Assembly (NCBI GenBank): GCA_964016885.1 | Contig: OZ024740.1 | Coordinates: 135,346,001 to 135,410,000 of the forward strand | Source of the DNA: Eledone cirrhosa | Lineage: Eukaryota | Direction: 5' to 3' | Length of the DNA: 64,000 bases | In this document: piece by piece, positions 11,449-21,963 of the stretch | Position numbering within the stretch: the stretch's first letter is position 1 | Layout of the letters: every line of letters begins with the position of its first letter | The notes under the pieces: model-generated | What the model saw: only the letters and a program-made list of their open reading frames with translations | Database searches by the model: none | What the model was told of the DNA's origin: nothing | Position numbers and translations under genes: made by a program

Positions 11449-12120
11449 GGCAGTTGAAGCTGACCATAAACTTCCATAGAATGACATCTGCAAGAAAAAT
11501 GTGGGTGTTGGTGGGGGTTTGTGAGAGTTGCAACTCTAGAGAGTAAGGATTGGGTAAAATATTTTGTGAGAGGTCTGGAAGTTGAGACACAAGGATGACA
11601 GGAAAATGAGATATGAATTTCTGTGTGGAGATCGTATGAAGCTTGCTAGTATTGAGGAACAAGATTACTTATAGTTGAAGCGGTCAAGGAAGAGATTAAA
11701 AAAATAATGTGTCTGTGAGCTAGTGGTTGTTACATATTAGTGAGGGAGTCATTAATAATTAACTGAATAGCTTCCTTTGGATGCAGTCTCGAGGATGATT
11801 GTGTATGTAGCAGTGTGGGTTATATTTGGGTTTAGTGTAGTTCAGCAATAACTAAGGGCTGAAGTAATTTCTTTCCTTGAAGTGAAAGTTTAGTTTTGGG
11901 GATGCAGTTTTCACAATGTTATGCATGCAAGGTTATTATGAAAGACTATCAGAGATTATGAGGTCTAATATTTGTAGTGACTTTGAGGACTATATTTATA
12001 TTTTATTTATTAATTTATTCAATTTAAACGTCTGTATAGAGCTAGTAAGCCATGTCAGACAAGGGGAAAGAACTAGTCCTTCTTACAGCCGAGAAACAAA
12101 AAACAAGATTACAGAGATAA

Positions 12121-15100
12121 TCATCATCATCATCATCATCAACGTTTAACGTCCGTGTTCCACGCTTGCATGGGTTTGGACGGGGGTAGTCCCACTTGAG
12201 GCAAGAGTGATTGTCTTGCTCGCATAGGACTGTCTGGCAGGTTTTCTACAGTTGGATGCCCTTCCTAACACCAACCACATTTACAGTGTGGGTCTGGGAG
12301 GTTTTTACCGTGTTGCCTACACGGCCACATTACAGCGTGGACTGTGTGTTTTTTTGTCGTGACACCTACACGATCTCATTTGTTTCGGCCTCGATGGCGC
12401 GGCACCAACATAACTTTACATAGAACGGGGTGGTGTGGATCGGGTGGGGGTGGTGGGACGGGGTGTATTTTGTTAGAGATGCCTACTGGCTGGAGTAGGT
12501 TTTACTATATATTTAGGTAAGGCGGGTCTTCTCTGTTACTGAGTACCGCCAAAGGTCTCGGTCCAGTGACATTGTCTTGGAGAGGTGTAAGTGTGTGATG
12601 TCGGAGTTTATCAGCTCGTCCCAGGTTTTTCTAGGTCTGCCTATTCCGTGACTACCGTCTATCTTTATTGCCCTGCACTTTGTTATACAGCTATCGACTT
12701 TCATGCGCATCACGTGTCCATACCAACGTAGCCTTCTCTCGAGTAAACAACATCTGATCCCTCTTATCTCTAATTTATTCCTTAGTTCGTTTATGCTTTG
12801 CCGTTCACGTATATTACTGTTACACATCCAGCGGAGCATGCAAGCTTCGTTCCTCTCTAGTCTGCGTATATCCTCTGCACACAATGCCCAGGTCTCACTG
12901 CCATGCAGCATTGCTGTTCGTATGCAGGCATCGTACAACCTGCCTTTCATTTTTAGTGAGAACCCTTTAGCAGCTAATAGTGGTATAAGCTCTCTGAACT
13001 TTTTCCAACCAGTTCTGACTCTAGCTACAGTACTTTCAGAGCACCCTCCCCCACTGCTGATTTTATCGCCCAGGTAACGGAAGCTGTCCACTATTTCTAT
13101 AGAACCCTCTGCGCAATTGAAAGAGCTAGTAGTTTGTGGGCACTTGCTGCTACTTATTGCACCAGAGCACCGGCCACATGTAAAATCTATGTTCTTAGTT
13201 AGCCTACCTGTGATCCCACTACATCTTTTATGCACCCATACTTTGCATTTAGGACATAAAATGGAGTTTCTACCTACGCCTTTCCTACACACCGAGCACG
13301 ACCATTTCCCAGAAGGGACCGCCGCCTTGTTTTCTTTCCTACAAACTAGTACTTTGGTCTTAGCCAGGTTAATTTTAAGTCCTTTTGACTCTAGGCCGTG
13401 CTTCCATGTTTGGAATTTCTTCTCTAGCTCGGCCATTGATTCCGCTATGAGTGTCAGGTCGTCTGCGTATAGGAGTTCCCATGGGCAGCCTGTCTTGAAC
13501 TCCTCTGTTATAGCCTGAAGGGCAATAATAAATAGTAGTGGACTGAGAACAGAGCCCTGATGGACGCCGACTTTTACGCTAAACTCTTCACTATATTCGT
13601 TGTTAATTCTAACCTTGCTGACTGTTTCTTTATACATGGCTTGTATAGCCCTCACAAGCCATTCGTCAACGCCTAGTTTTCTAAGAGCCCACCAGATAAT
13701 GGAGCGGGGGACTCTGTCGAAGGCTTTCTCCAAGTCGACAAAAGCTAAGTAGAGGGGTTTACCTTTAGCTAGGTACTTCTCTTGTAGTTGTCGTACTATG
13801 AAAAGAGCGTCTGTGGTACTTTTGCCTGACACAAACCCGAACTGCATTTCATCTAGGTCAATTCTCTCTCTGATTAGTTGCGCTATTACTCTTTCCGTGA
13901 CCTTCATGACCTGGTCGATTAATTTAATGCCTCTATAGTTACTCCTATCTAGGGCGTCTCCTTTACCCTTATAACAGTTAACGATGATGCTGCTATGCCA
14001 GTCCTTCGGAACAACCCCGTTCTGTACGACTTGGTTAACTATGCGGGTGACCATGGTGTGTCCCACCGTGCCAGATGCCTTCAGCATCTCAGCAACTATT
14101 TCCGAAGGCCCAGCCGCCTTACCAGTCTTCATATCCTTGATTGCCTTACTTATTATACTCCCCTCGACTAACACTGCTGGTCCCTCTATTGGGTCGATAT
14201 GGGGGAGACTGCCTTTCTCCCAATTATTCTCCTCATTTAGAAGCCTTTCATAGTGACACTTCCAAGCTACCTTCTTATCAGCGTCGGTGATGGCAAGTGT
14301 GCCATCGTCGTTTAGTACACACTTCTCCCCGACAATATCACGGTTTTCCTTGACGCATTGCCTAGCAATCCTGAACACCTCACGTTTTTGGTCATCGCGT
14401 TGTAGAACATGCTTGAACTTTCTTTCCTCAGCTTCCCTTCTTGCTAAGTACACTTGTCTCCTAGCTTCCCTCCTGGCCACTTGATAGTCCTCTCTACTTC
14501 CCCCATCCCGCCATACTTTCCAAGCCTGCTTTTTGGCCTTAATTGACCCCTCCACCTTACTGTTCCACCACCATGTTACTCTCCTCCTGCCTACAGGCCT
14601 GCTCCAGCCACAGACCTCGTCTGTCGCCAACAGCAGGTTTGCTTTCAGAAATTCCCACTCTCCCTCTATATTGTCCGACTCTAAATGTTCTTCCTTACTG
14701 TCGAAAGCATCAAGTAATATGCTTTGAAATTTATTCCTGGCTGTGGGGTCCTTTAGCTTCCATATTTTCCTCCTGAGGATAGTCCTCTTCTGTTGTCGAG
14801 TACGTCTCGTCCTGACTATGAGGTCGCTAATTATCAGTCTATGTTGGGAGGTGCATTCTTCATGGGGGAGGGATTTAGTGTTAACAACAGACACTCTGTC
14901 ACGTCTTCTGGTAAGGATATAATCTACCTGGCTTGTGTGTTCCCCGGATCTATAGGTGATCAGGTGATTGTCACGTTTTTTGAAGTTAGTGTTACAGATA
15001 GTTAGGTTATTTGCATCACAGAATTCCAGGATTCTGGAGCCTTCCTCATTTCTAGTACCAAACCCATAGCCTCCATGGATTTCGTCGTAGCCGTCACAAT

Positions 15101-15670
15101 GTTGTCCAACGTGACCATTTAGGTCGCCTGCGATAATTATATAGTCACTGTCGGATATTTGGGAGGTAGTTAGCATCAGTGTCTCATAGAATCTGTCTTT
15201 TATAGTGCCGGGCAGTCCGGATTGGGGTGCGTACGCAGATATTACTGTCACCGTAGATCTATTGAGGACAAGTCGTATTTTAATTATTCTGTCGTTCACT
15301 CTATTTACGTCTATTATCTTATCTGCCCACTTTTCTGCTACCATGATTCCTACTCCACCCAGCCCATCGTCGTTTCCCACCCAGAAAAGCTTATAACAAC
15401 GTTTTTTACCCTCAATGAACCTAGCAGACCCACCCCTCCACCTGGTCTCTTGAATACAACAAACATCGACCTCCTTACGTTCAAGCATTTCTACAACCTC
15501 GTTAGCGCGACCCTTTAGGGTGCCTACATTTATGGTACCAACTCTGAAGTTTTGGATTGCGTTTGGGGGTTGGGGGCGGTGAGGGGCGGGGGGCGATGGG
15601 GTTATGTTAGCCGTCCGCGGTCGAAACAATGAGGAGTGCTCGCATTCTCGTCCAAGGGGTGAATTTGTCT
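12121..15670 (-). mobile_element. Near full-length RTE-clade LINE (slightly 5'-truncated)
   Basis: Contains the 1038-aa open ORF, a ~390-bp 3' UTR and a (GAT)n tail; homology to the 27.3-31.0 kb copy stops at 15670 (AGACAAATTC). Confidence 0.97.
12513..15629 (-). CDS. RTE LINE polyprotein: APE endonuclease + reverse transcriptase with inserted PHD finger
   Basis: APE motifs NVGTL, IQETRW, SAYAPQ, GDLNGHVG, VDYIL, SQHRL; RT motifs NYRGIKL, QFGF, DLEKAFDRV, GVHQGSVLSP, YADD, FRYLG. The listed start is TTG and no in-frame ATG precedes the first APE motif in this copy. Confidence 0.95.
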   Translation of the reverse strand: MFRPRTANITPSPPAPHRPQPPNAIQNFRVGTINVGTLKGRANEVVEMLERKEVDVCCIQETRWRGGSARFIEGKKRCYKLFWVGNDDGLGGVGIMVAEKWADKIIDVNRVNDRIIKIRLVLNRSTVTVISAYAPQSGLPGTIKDRFYETLMLTTSQISDSDYIIIAGDLNGHVGQHCDGYDEIHGGYGFGTRNEEGSRILEFCDANNLTICNTNFKKRDNHLITYRSGEHTSQVDYILTRRRDRVSVVNTKSLPHEECTSQHRLIISDLIVRTRRTRQQKRTILRRKIWKLKDPTARNKFQSILLDAFDSKEEHLESDNIEGEWEFLKANLLLATDEVCGWSRPVGRRRVTWWWNSKVEGSIKAKKQAWKVWRDGGSREDYQVARREARRQVYLARREAEERKFKHVLQRDDQKREVFRIARQCVKENRDIVGEKCVLNDDGTLAITDADKKVAWKCHYERLLNEENNWEKGSLPHIDPIEGPAVLVEGSIISKAIKDMKTGKAAGPSEIVAEMLKASGTVGHTMVTRIVNQVVQNGVVPKDWHSSIIVNCYKGKGDALDRSNYRGIKLIDQVMKVTERVIAQLIRERIDLDEMQFGFVSGKSTTDALFIVRQLQEKYLAKGKPLYLAFVDLEKAFDRVPRSIIWWALRKLGVDEWLVRAIQAMYKETVSKVRINNEYSEEFSVKVGVHQGSVLSPLLFIIALQAITEEFKTGCPWELLYADDLTLIAESMAELEKKFQTWKHGLESKGLKINLAKTKVLVCRKENKAAVPSGKWSCSVCRKGVGRNSILCPKCKVWVHKRCSGITGRLTKNIDFTCGRCSGAISSSKCPQTTSSFNCAEGSIEIVDSFRYLGDKISSGGGCSESTVARVRTGWKKFRELIPLLAAKGFSLKMKGRLYDACIRTAMLHGSETWALCAEDIRRLERNEACMLRWMCNSNIRERQSINELRNKLEIRGIRCCLLERRLRWYGHVMRMKVDSCITKCRAIKIDGSHGIGRPRKTWDELINSDITHLHLSKTMSLDRDLWRYSVTEKTRLT

Positions 15671-15789
15671 AAGTGAATAGAAAAAAAAAATAATAAAAAT
15701 ATTTTAAGTGCAAATAGGATATAGAGAAATACTGTTTCTTTCATATGTGTAGTGATTGTGCTATTGTTTTGTCATGTCACATTTGATTA

Positions 15790-16340
15790 AATGAGGTCTC
15801 TGTTCATGGAAACATTGATTGGCTGGTGTAGGTGTCAGAGCTGCTGCCTGTGATGTCTGTGTACAGAAAATTAAGAAGGAATGAAAGCTGATATTATCTC
15901 CATAGGTTGTGTGGTTTGATATAACAACTGGAAAATTGTGGAAGACATTTACACTAAAGTTCATAGAGAATTGTTGATCAGAGAAAGCCCTGTTGGTACA
16001 TGCTGCAATGGTCTGAGATGAAATTTACAATTCAAAGAGGTAAGAAATGGATAAGACACTAAGTAGACAACTTAGCTTGGATATTCTTATACCAGATATA
16101 GAGGAGGGCTTTGCTGATGTCAAGTAGAACCTGCTTTTGCCAAAGCACCCAACAAGGAAATACCACATGTTTAACAGGTAGAAGAACAAGTCAGCAGTAG
16201 ATCTAGCTAAAAAGAAACCATACTTGCCTTCACTGAAACTCAACTCGAAGAACTTGTATATTTATGGCTATTTGAGGTGGTGGAGATGAGAAAGACAGGT
16301 TAGAAGTTGGCAAAATCAGAGGGGTGTAGATGCGGGGCAA
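15790..16340 (-). mobile_element. Very degraded Jockey/L2-like LINE RT fragment
   Basis: KYGFFLARSTADL resembles QYGFRxxRSTGDL; downstream remnants resemble DISKAF and YADD (YGDN). Confidence 0.55.
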
Positions 16341-17178
16341 ATGTTTCTTATGTAGGCTGAATACTGAGCTAAGATTTCTAACTAACCAAGTCAATAAATT
16401 GTCAACACAATGGCTCAAAGACAAACACTGATGAATAATGTCTCATGTGCTGTAAAGAATCCATTATGTACAGTTTATATGTCAGTCTGTTATAGCTACA
16501 TTATAGCTGGCCTGAATTAAGATTTTCATATATATTGATCTATTGATCTATTAAGAGTGGGAGAAGGAGAGGAGTTTAATTGATTGAATCCACTCCAACA
16601 TATGCTTGGTATTTATTTTATTGATTATGTAAGATGAAAGGCCAAGTGAACCCTAATTTTATTTTAACTCAATATATAGAAGTATGGAACACAATAATGC
16701 AAAGCATTTCATTTGGTGTTTTTCTTTTCTGTTACCTCACTTCTCTTAGATATATATATTAATTATCACAAAGGTCGATATTTGTGGCTAGCTTTATTAG
16801 TAAGGTGTTAGGCCATTGGTCAAAGAGTCACTTGTTAGTATTCCATCCAAAAGGTGAAGCATTATAATCACTGTTAATTATTGCTGATGCAAGACACCTA
16901 GTTGCCAATAAGTATTGTGGAAGTTTAGATCCTGATATAAACATTAGAACAACTGTATAAATGACTAGTCTTCTACCGACATGTAGGATGAACTTAAATC
17001 CAATTATGGGTGTATCTAGGTCAGCCATGGGCAAACTGTGGCTCATTTGGCTTTCTGATTGGCACAATTTCAAAATTGCCTTGAATTTTTTAGTAGTATG
17101 GCCTGCCTGATGAATCACATCCTATGTGGCCCACTGTTCAAAAATGGATTCCACCAATCTGATTTGTCAGAAGATATA

Positions 17179-17390
17179 TTAACCCTTTAGCATTTACATT
17201 ATTCTATATTTACTGTTGTATTTTCATGGTAAACCCTTTATCTCACATAATATCGAATCTATGAGATTTTGATATTATTTATTTTGAGAACAATACCTTA
17301 ACATAAATATAGCTAATTATGGCTGATTTGAACAGGATGAAGTGAAAGAATTCTGGCTGGATATGGCCAGTTTATATGCTAAAGAGTGAA
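17179..17390 (+). mobile_element. piggyBac-type MITE, family A
   Basis: TTAACCCTTTAGCATTTACATTA...TATATGCTAAAGAGTGAA; aligns with 11256-11448. Confidence 0.82.
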
Positions 17391-17757
17391 ATGAATGGGA
17401 CAGTAAACTGAAGGACCAGTCAGGGAATACAAACTTAGCTTTAATATCAGATGGTAATGCCCACAGCCTTTGCAAGTCCCTTTGAAATTAATGAGGTTAA
17501 AGTAGTTGATAGTCAGCTTGAGATTTGATAGTTAGATATCTAACCAAAAAGCATGAACAAGGAAGGAGTTATATAAAGTTTCATTCTTAGGAACAAAGAC
17601 TGAACAAAGTGTTTTGTGGGGTTGATAAGGTGAGACACAATTCATAATATTTTCAATATTGGTGATTCCTTGTATTAATATCAGACTACAAATTTGTTTG
17701 GGAGGATGCAATTACCTTTTTTGATACCAATCCACCGCTTTATTTTATAGTGTTTAT

Positions 17758-18029
17758 CAAGGGCCTTGTTTCAAGGGGATACCAGGGGACAAGTCCCCCC
17801 ACCCCCCTCATACACTTTTTCAAACGTCTATATTTTATTTTTTTGTTTATTTGATATAATAAATTCTTTTTAAGCTTATTTTTTTTTATATCTGAACTCC
17901 ATTTGAATATATAAAATTTAATTAGCGTAAAATTTTACTTGTGATAGGGTCCGGGAAAGGCACCATACACAATTTATGCTCCTTTAAGAATAAACAAATG
18001 TTGGTTTGTCCCCCTTCATGAGGCCCCTG
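17758..18029. mobile_element. hAT-type MITE with 8-bp target-site duplication
   Basis: Perfect TSD GTGTTTAT at 17750-17757 and 18030-18037; imperfect TIRs CAAGGGCCT.. / ..AGGCCCCTG. Confidence 0.75.
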
Positions 18030-18649
18030 GTGTTTATATTTACCTAAAAACCTTCCATATAATTTTAATTAAGTCCCTTTGTTAAGTTATGTTTCCAACA
18101 CCAGAGAAAGTTATTTTAGTAAATCCTTCCAAATTCATGATTATTTTGAAAATGATTTCAAAATAATAGTCATTTTCTTTCATTAGGAATATGGTAATGA
18201 TATAACTGGTGCTTATTTTACTGGCCTTAGAGGTAAAAGATAAAATTGACCATGATGATATTTGAACATAGCATAAAATAATATAACAACATTCCACAAA
18301 GCATATAGTCTAGATGAGTTAAGGGACAGATGGGAGTGATGAGACTTATGCTGACTATGCAAGTAAAACAGAGAAACAGTCCATCATTTGTTTTCTGAAT
18401 ATAAAATACTTGCTTGGAATGATTGTATTCATGGCCAGTGGTATCATCAGAGCAACTAGGCAACCACTCAATGTGAAGATGTCAGAGTAGTGTAGAACTA
18501 ACCCTGTTTTTCAAAATCAAAGTTAGCAAATTTTGTATCAAGAAGTTGTCCTTGCCTAGGCCACAAATTAGTCTATCATTGGCCCTGGTTGAAGTGCAGG
18601 ATAATGGTTCAAACAGCAGCTTGAGTAAAGCAAGAATACTTCTCCACTA

Positions 18650-18935
18650 CTGCTCCGAATTGAGAGATCACAGCTCTGATACTATGGGCATGTGGTTAGA
18701 ATGTCTCAGGAAAGAATTATTGGACAGATTTTACGGGCAAAACCAACAGGTAGGAGATAAGATGGTTGGATAACATCCATGTGCTTGGTTGGTCACACTT
18801 GGGGATCCAGCTGGATCAGTTGGAGATGTTTGCTTCTGACAGGAAAGACCCTTTGGAGGGAGTGTTTGAGGACTCTACCCCCACGACCTTCTCAGGAATA
18901 AGTGGGCGAAGGAGGAGGGGAGAAGAAGAAGAATT
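18650..18935 (+). mobile_element. Expander/Rex3-like RTE C-terminal fragment with (GAA)n end
   Basis: Translates LLRIERSQL*YYGHVVRMSQERIIGQILRAKPTGR; same family as 46350-46745; the end segment is partly duplicated at ~19000-19065. Confidence 0.65.
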
Positions 18936-19117
18936 AGTGTGGTGTCACCCTTCTGGAAATCCCTCTTTACAGTCATTGTAAGCAACTGCTGGAAGGAGTA
19001 TTTGAGGACTCTGCCCCAACGACCCTTTCACAAATAAATGGGCCAAAGAAGAAGAATTAGTGTGGTATAAAATCAGCTGCGCTAAGGAGAGGATATTGTG
19101 TTGAGATTTTAAATAAG

Positions 19118-19285
19118 TGTAGGCACGGCTGTGTTTAAGAAGTTCATTTTGCAACTGTTTAGTTATGGGTTCAGTCACACTGCATGACACATTGAGCAAG
19201 TGTATTCTACTATAGCCTCAGGCTGACCAATGCCTTGTAAATGAAATTTGGTAGACAGAAACTGAATGGATGTCCATTGTATATG
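19118..19285 (+). mobile_element. tRNA-derived CORE-type SINE (degenerate); a related copy is inverted at ~54040-54170
   Basis: B-box-like GGTTCAGTC, CORE-like TTGAGCAAGTG, then TTCTACTATAGCCTCAGGCTGACCAATGCCTTG...GGTAGACAGAAACTGAA. Confidence 0.65.
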
Positions 19286-19876
19286 CAAGGAACTTCACAG
19301 CAATTCTTGCCTCTTGCATCACCTTTATTGTGTCTCACTATTTAGTCTCTGTATCAAGCATTTTGTCTATGGTTCCTCTTCAGAACTGTATCTCAATTCT
19401 ATGCTTTCCTTGCAAACTGTTAACTTTTCAACATTTTAAACTAACCCTATAAATCTTATTTAACTGCCTCTCCCCTGTTTTCTGTTCAAGCAGTTTGTGA
19501 AGGTGGGGGAAAATTCTGTTTTAGAAACAAACGATGTTACTTGTCACTGATTTCGTAGACAGACACAATACAAATTTTAGAACTTGAAATCAAGAAGCGA
19601 AACTAAATACAATAAAATATCTAGTTTGTCAATCTACCGCTTCTTTCAACGCTGCAAGAAAGTAAAACTTTATGATTACTAATATTGACGTTATAGCTAT
19701 ATTTTAGGGAGATCGTGAAACAGGGAGTTCTCTTTGAACAGGTTAAGAGACCCTACATGTCATCATCACACTCAGAAATTGAATTGTTCTAGCCAGGAAC
19801 AAGCTATTAACATCGTAACTATTCTTCGATTATTTTGTTGCTCCTGTATGCATTGTAAATACATAATTCTAATCAC

Positions 19877-19980
19877 CCGGTTTCGTGCAACCGGAAGAGG
19901 AGGTCACGTGCAATGTTTTCGTGCTTAAATCACTCGTCCGCTGGCACAGGTGCTTTCAGATGGCTGCTGCATATGGCTAG
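19877..19980 (+). promoter_or_regulatory. Putative promoter/TSS region of the amphiphysin gene
   Basis: Unique, locally CpG-enriched sequence 350-450 bp upstream of the ATG with ETS motif CCGGAAG (19891), E-box GTCACGTG (19903) and YY1-like AGATGGC (19958). Confidence 0.5.
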
Positions 19981-20329
19981 TATATTTCGCATGCATTGAT
20001 TGAAAAATATTCCCCGTCACTTTGCTTGCAGTCCGCTGAATGTTGCTACTGTTTTTTAAATAGCTTGTAATTGGTTATCTTCAATAATTACTGTTCGCTA
20101 AACTGCAGGGAGGGAGATATTGTTGTTAAAAAACAACAATAAACATTACTCCATTTACTGTTTATTTAAGATCTTTCGCACAAGCAACCAGTTGCCTTCG
20201 TGATATCTCTTCTGATGCTTTCCTTTTTTTTCTCCCTCCCTTCTTCAGTCATTTCACTTCGGTTGGATTAATTCTGTTATTTGGTGAACGTAACACTTGG
20301 CATTTTTTACTTGTCAATTGGATCTTAAT

Positions 20330-20410
20330 ATGGCAGAGTCTCACCACTCGAAGGGTGGAGCTGGGATTTTAGCGAAAGCCCAGAAAAGGCTGGTCAGAAC
20401 AAAAGCAAAG
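20330..20410 (+). CDS. Amph: Amphiphysin/BIN1-family N-BAR protein, coding exon 1 (N-terminal amphipathic helix H0)
   Basis: The ATG opens MAESHHSKGGAGILAKAQKRLVRTKAK and ends at a consensus donor AAG|GTAAGT (phase 0). It resembles human BIN1 [28 protein letters not shown], whose exon 1 (from memory) ends at the same position. Too short for the ORF track. Exon 2 was not found in the window. Confidence 0.85.
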
Positions 20411-21918
20411 GTAAGTTGTTTTAATCCAATCGGATATACTCACATTTAATAACCACAAAACCACGTGCAATTAAACATTTTTTTTATGACATTATCCCCT
20501 ATCCATTAATAGGCTTTTAATTTGTGTGTCTGTGTGTGCGCGTGCGAAAGAGAGAGAGAGTGTGTGTGTGTGTGTGTGTGTATTTGTTTTAATTTCTTTC
20601 ACTTTTACTCCAAAAGATAAGGGAATTACCTACGTGGCTTCCCTCCTTTTTTCGCAACTCTAGACGTGACGTGTTAAGTGGGTAAACACTGAAGAGAGGA
20701 TTTCTTTTTAGCAAGTGGTTGAGAAACTTTTAAATGTTTATATTTGCTGAAATGAATTGAGTAAAATTCTAGTAAAAATAAAATCTCCACTACCTTGTAG
20801 CTTTTATTTAACTTCTACGTGTTGGTGGTCTTACGAGGATAAAACAAAAGTTTGAAATGTCGATGGGTAACTGTATATAGTTTTATTGGGGCGCAGTATA
20901 TCAATCTAAAACGTTGATCCATTTATCTAATTATTTATGATTTAAAATAAGTTAATTTTTCTAGTTTAATTAAATCTTAACTGTTGTGCATAGAAAATGC
21001 TACTGTACAGAATATGAAACTTGATAAATGCTTGATCATCGAAACAGAAAAATGAAAGCTGTAGTGGCAAATGCATATTACTGAAAAAATTGAAAAATTA
21101 GATTGCTACTGAAACAATGAGTTATATATAAAACAATGAATGCACAATAAAAAGAGAATTGGTGGATTAAATTTCTTTTTACTGAAATTTTAACTTTAAT
21201 TTTCAAAGCTATAAGTATGCATTCATGCGTATGTGTAAAAGGTGGTTTCACTCATGACTTAAAAAAACAACAAAACACTGAACAGTAGCCAACAGTTATA
21301 ATAGATAAATCGAAAATGTAGTATGTATTTAAAGTTTTACAGCTTGGATATAATAAAATAATTTCCTCCCTTTTTTTATTACATCGACATAACAAGACGC
21401 TTTAAATGCAATGAACCGGAAAAGTTGAAATTTCATGACGTTCATGCCTTTACAAGGGCATTCGCAGCGTATATGAAGCGGTTCCAATCACAACGATAAT
21501 GATAATTATTTTTATTTCTTTATTTACCGCCAGAAAACATACATAATGAGTTTTGCGTTCCCTAGATTCTTATCAAGCTAAAGTTACACATAATTTTGTA
21601 GTGTCAGTGCTCAGGTATCTCCACAAACCTAGATATTTAAAAAAATTTCTCTGATGATTAATTTCTATAATAATTTCTTCTGCATACAGAGAAATCATCG
21701 ATCTACATTACTACTCCATACCATCATGAGTAAGACAACTATTGATCCCTAATAATCCAATGTCGCTAACGACGCAAATAAGGGATAATTCATATAATCG
21801 TCTTTATTAGTATTACACCAGTAGCGTTTATTCCGAAATCGTGTCTTGTTTCTGTTTTCGTTGTTTACTCATTTGCATATTATCTAGAGTGTGGGGGTTT
21901 ATACGTACGCTGTGTGTG

Positions 21919-21963
<45 letters not shown>

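Noticed and set aside
12703-15518. Multiple plus-strand ORFs recurring in each LINE copy (also 27653-30594 minus and 62333-63793 plus)
   Set aside because: Antisense shadows of the RTE ORF; their recurrence reflects copy similarity and they have no recognisable domains.
12100-15700. Target-site duplication around the minus-strand LINE
   Set aside because: The flanks (ACAGAGATAA versus AAGTGAATAG) share no direct repeat.
17022-17160. MER58-like hAT MITE (CAGCCATGGGCAAACT...)
   Set aside because: Only one terminus is recognisable and no TSD could be confirmed.
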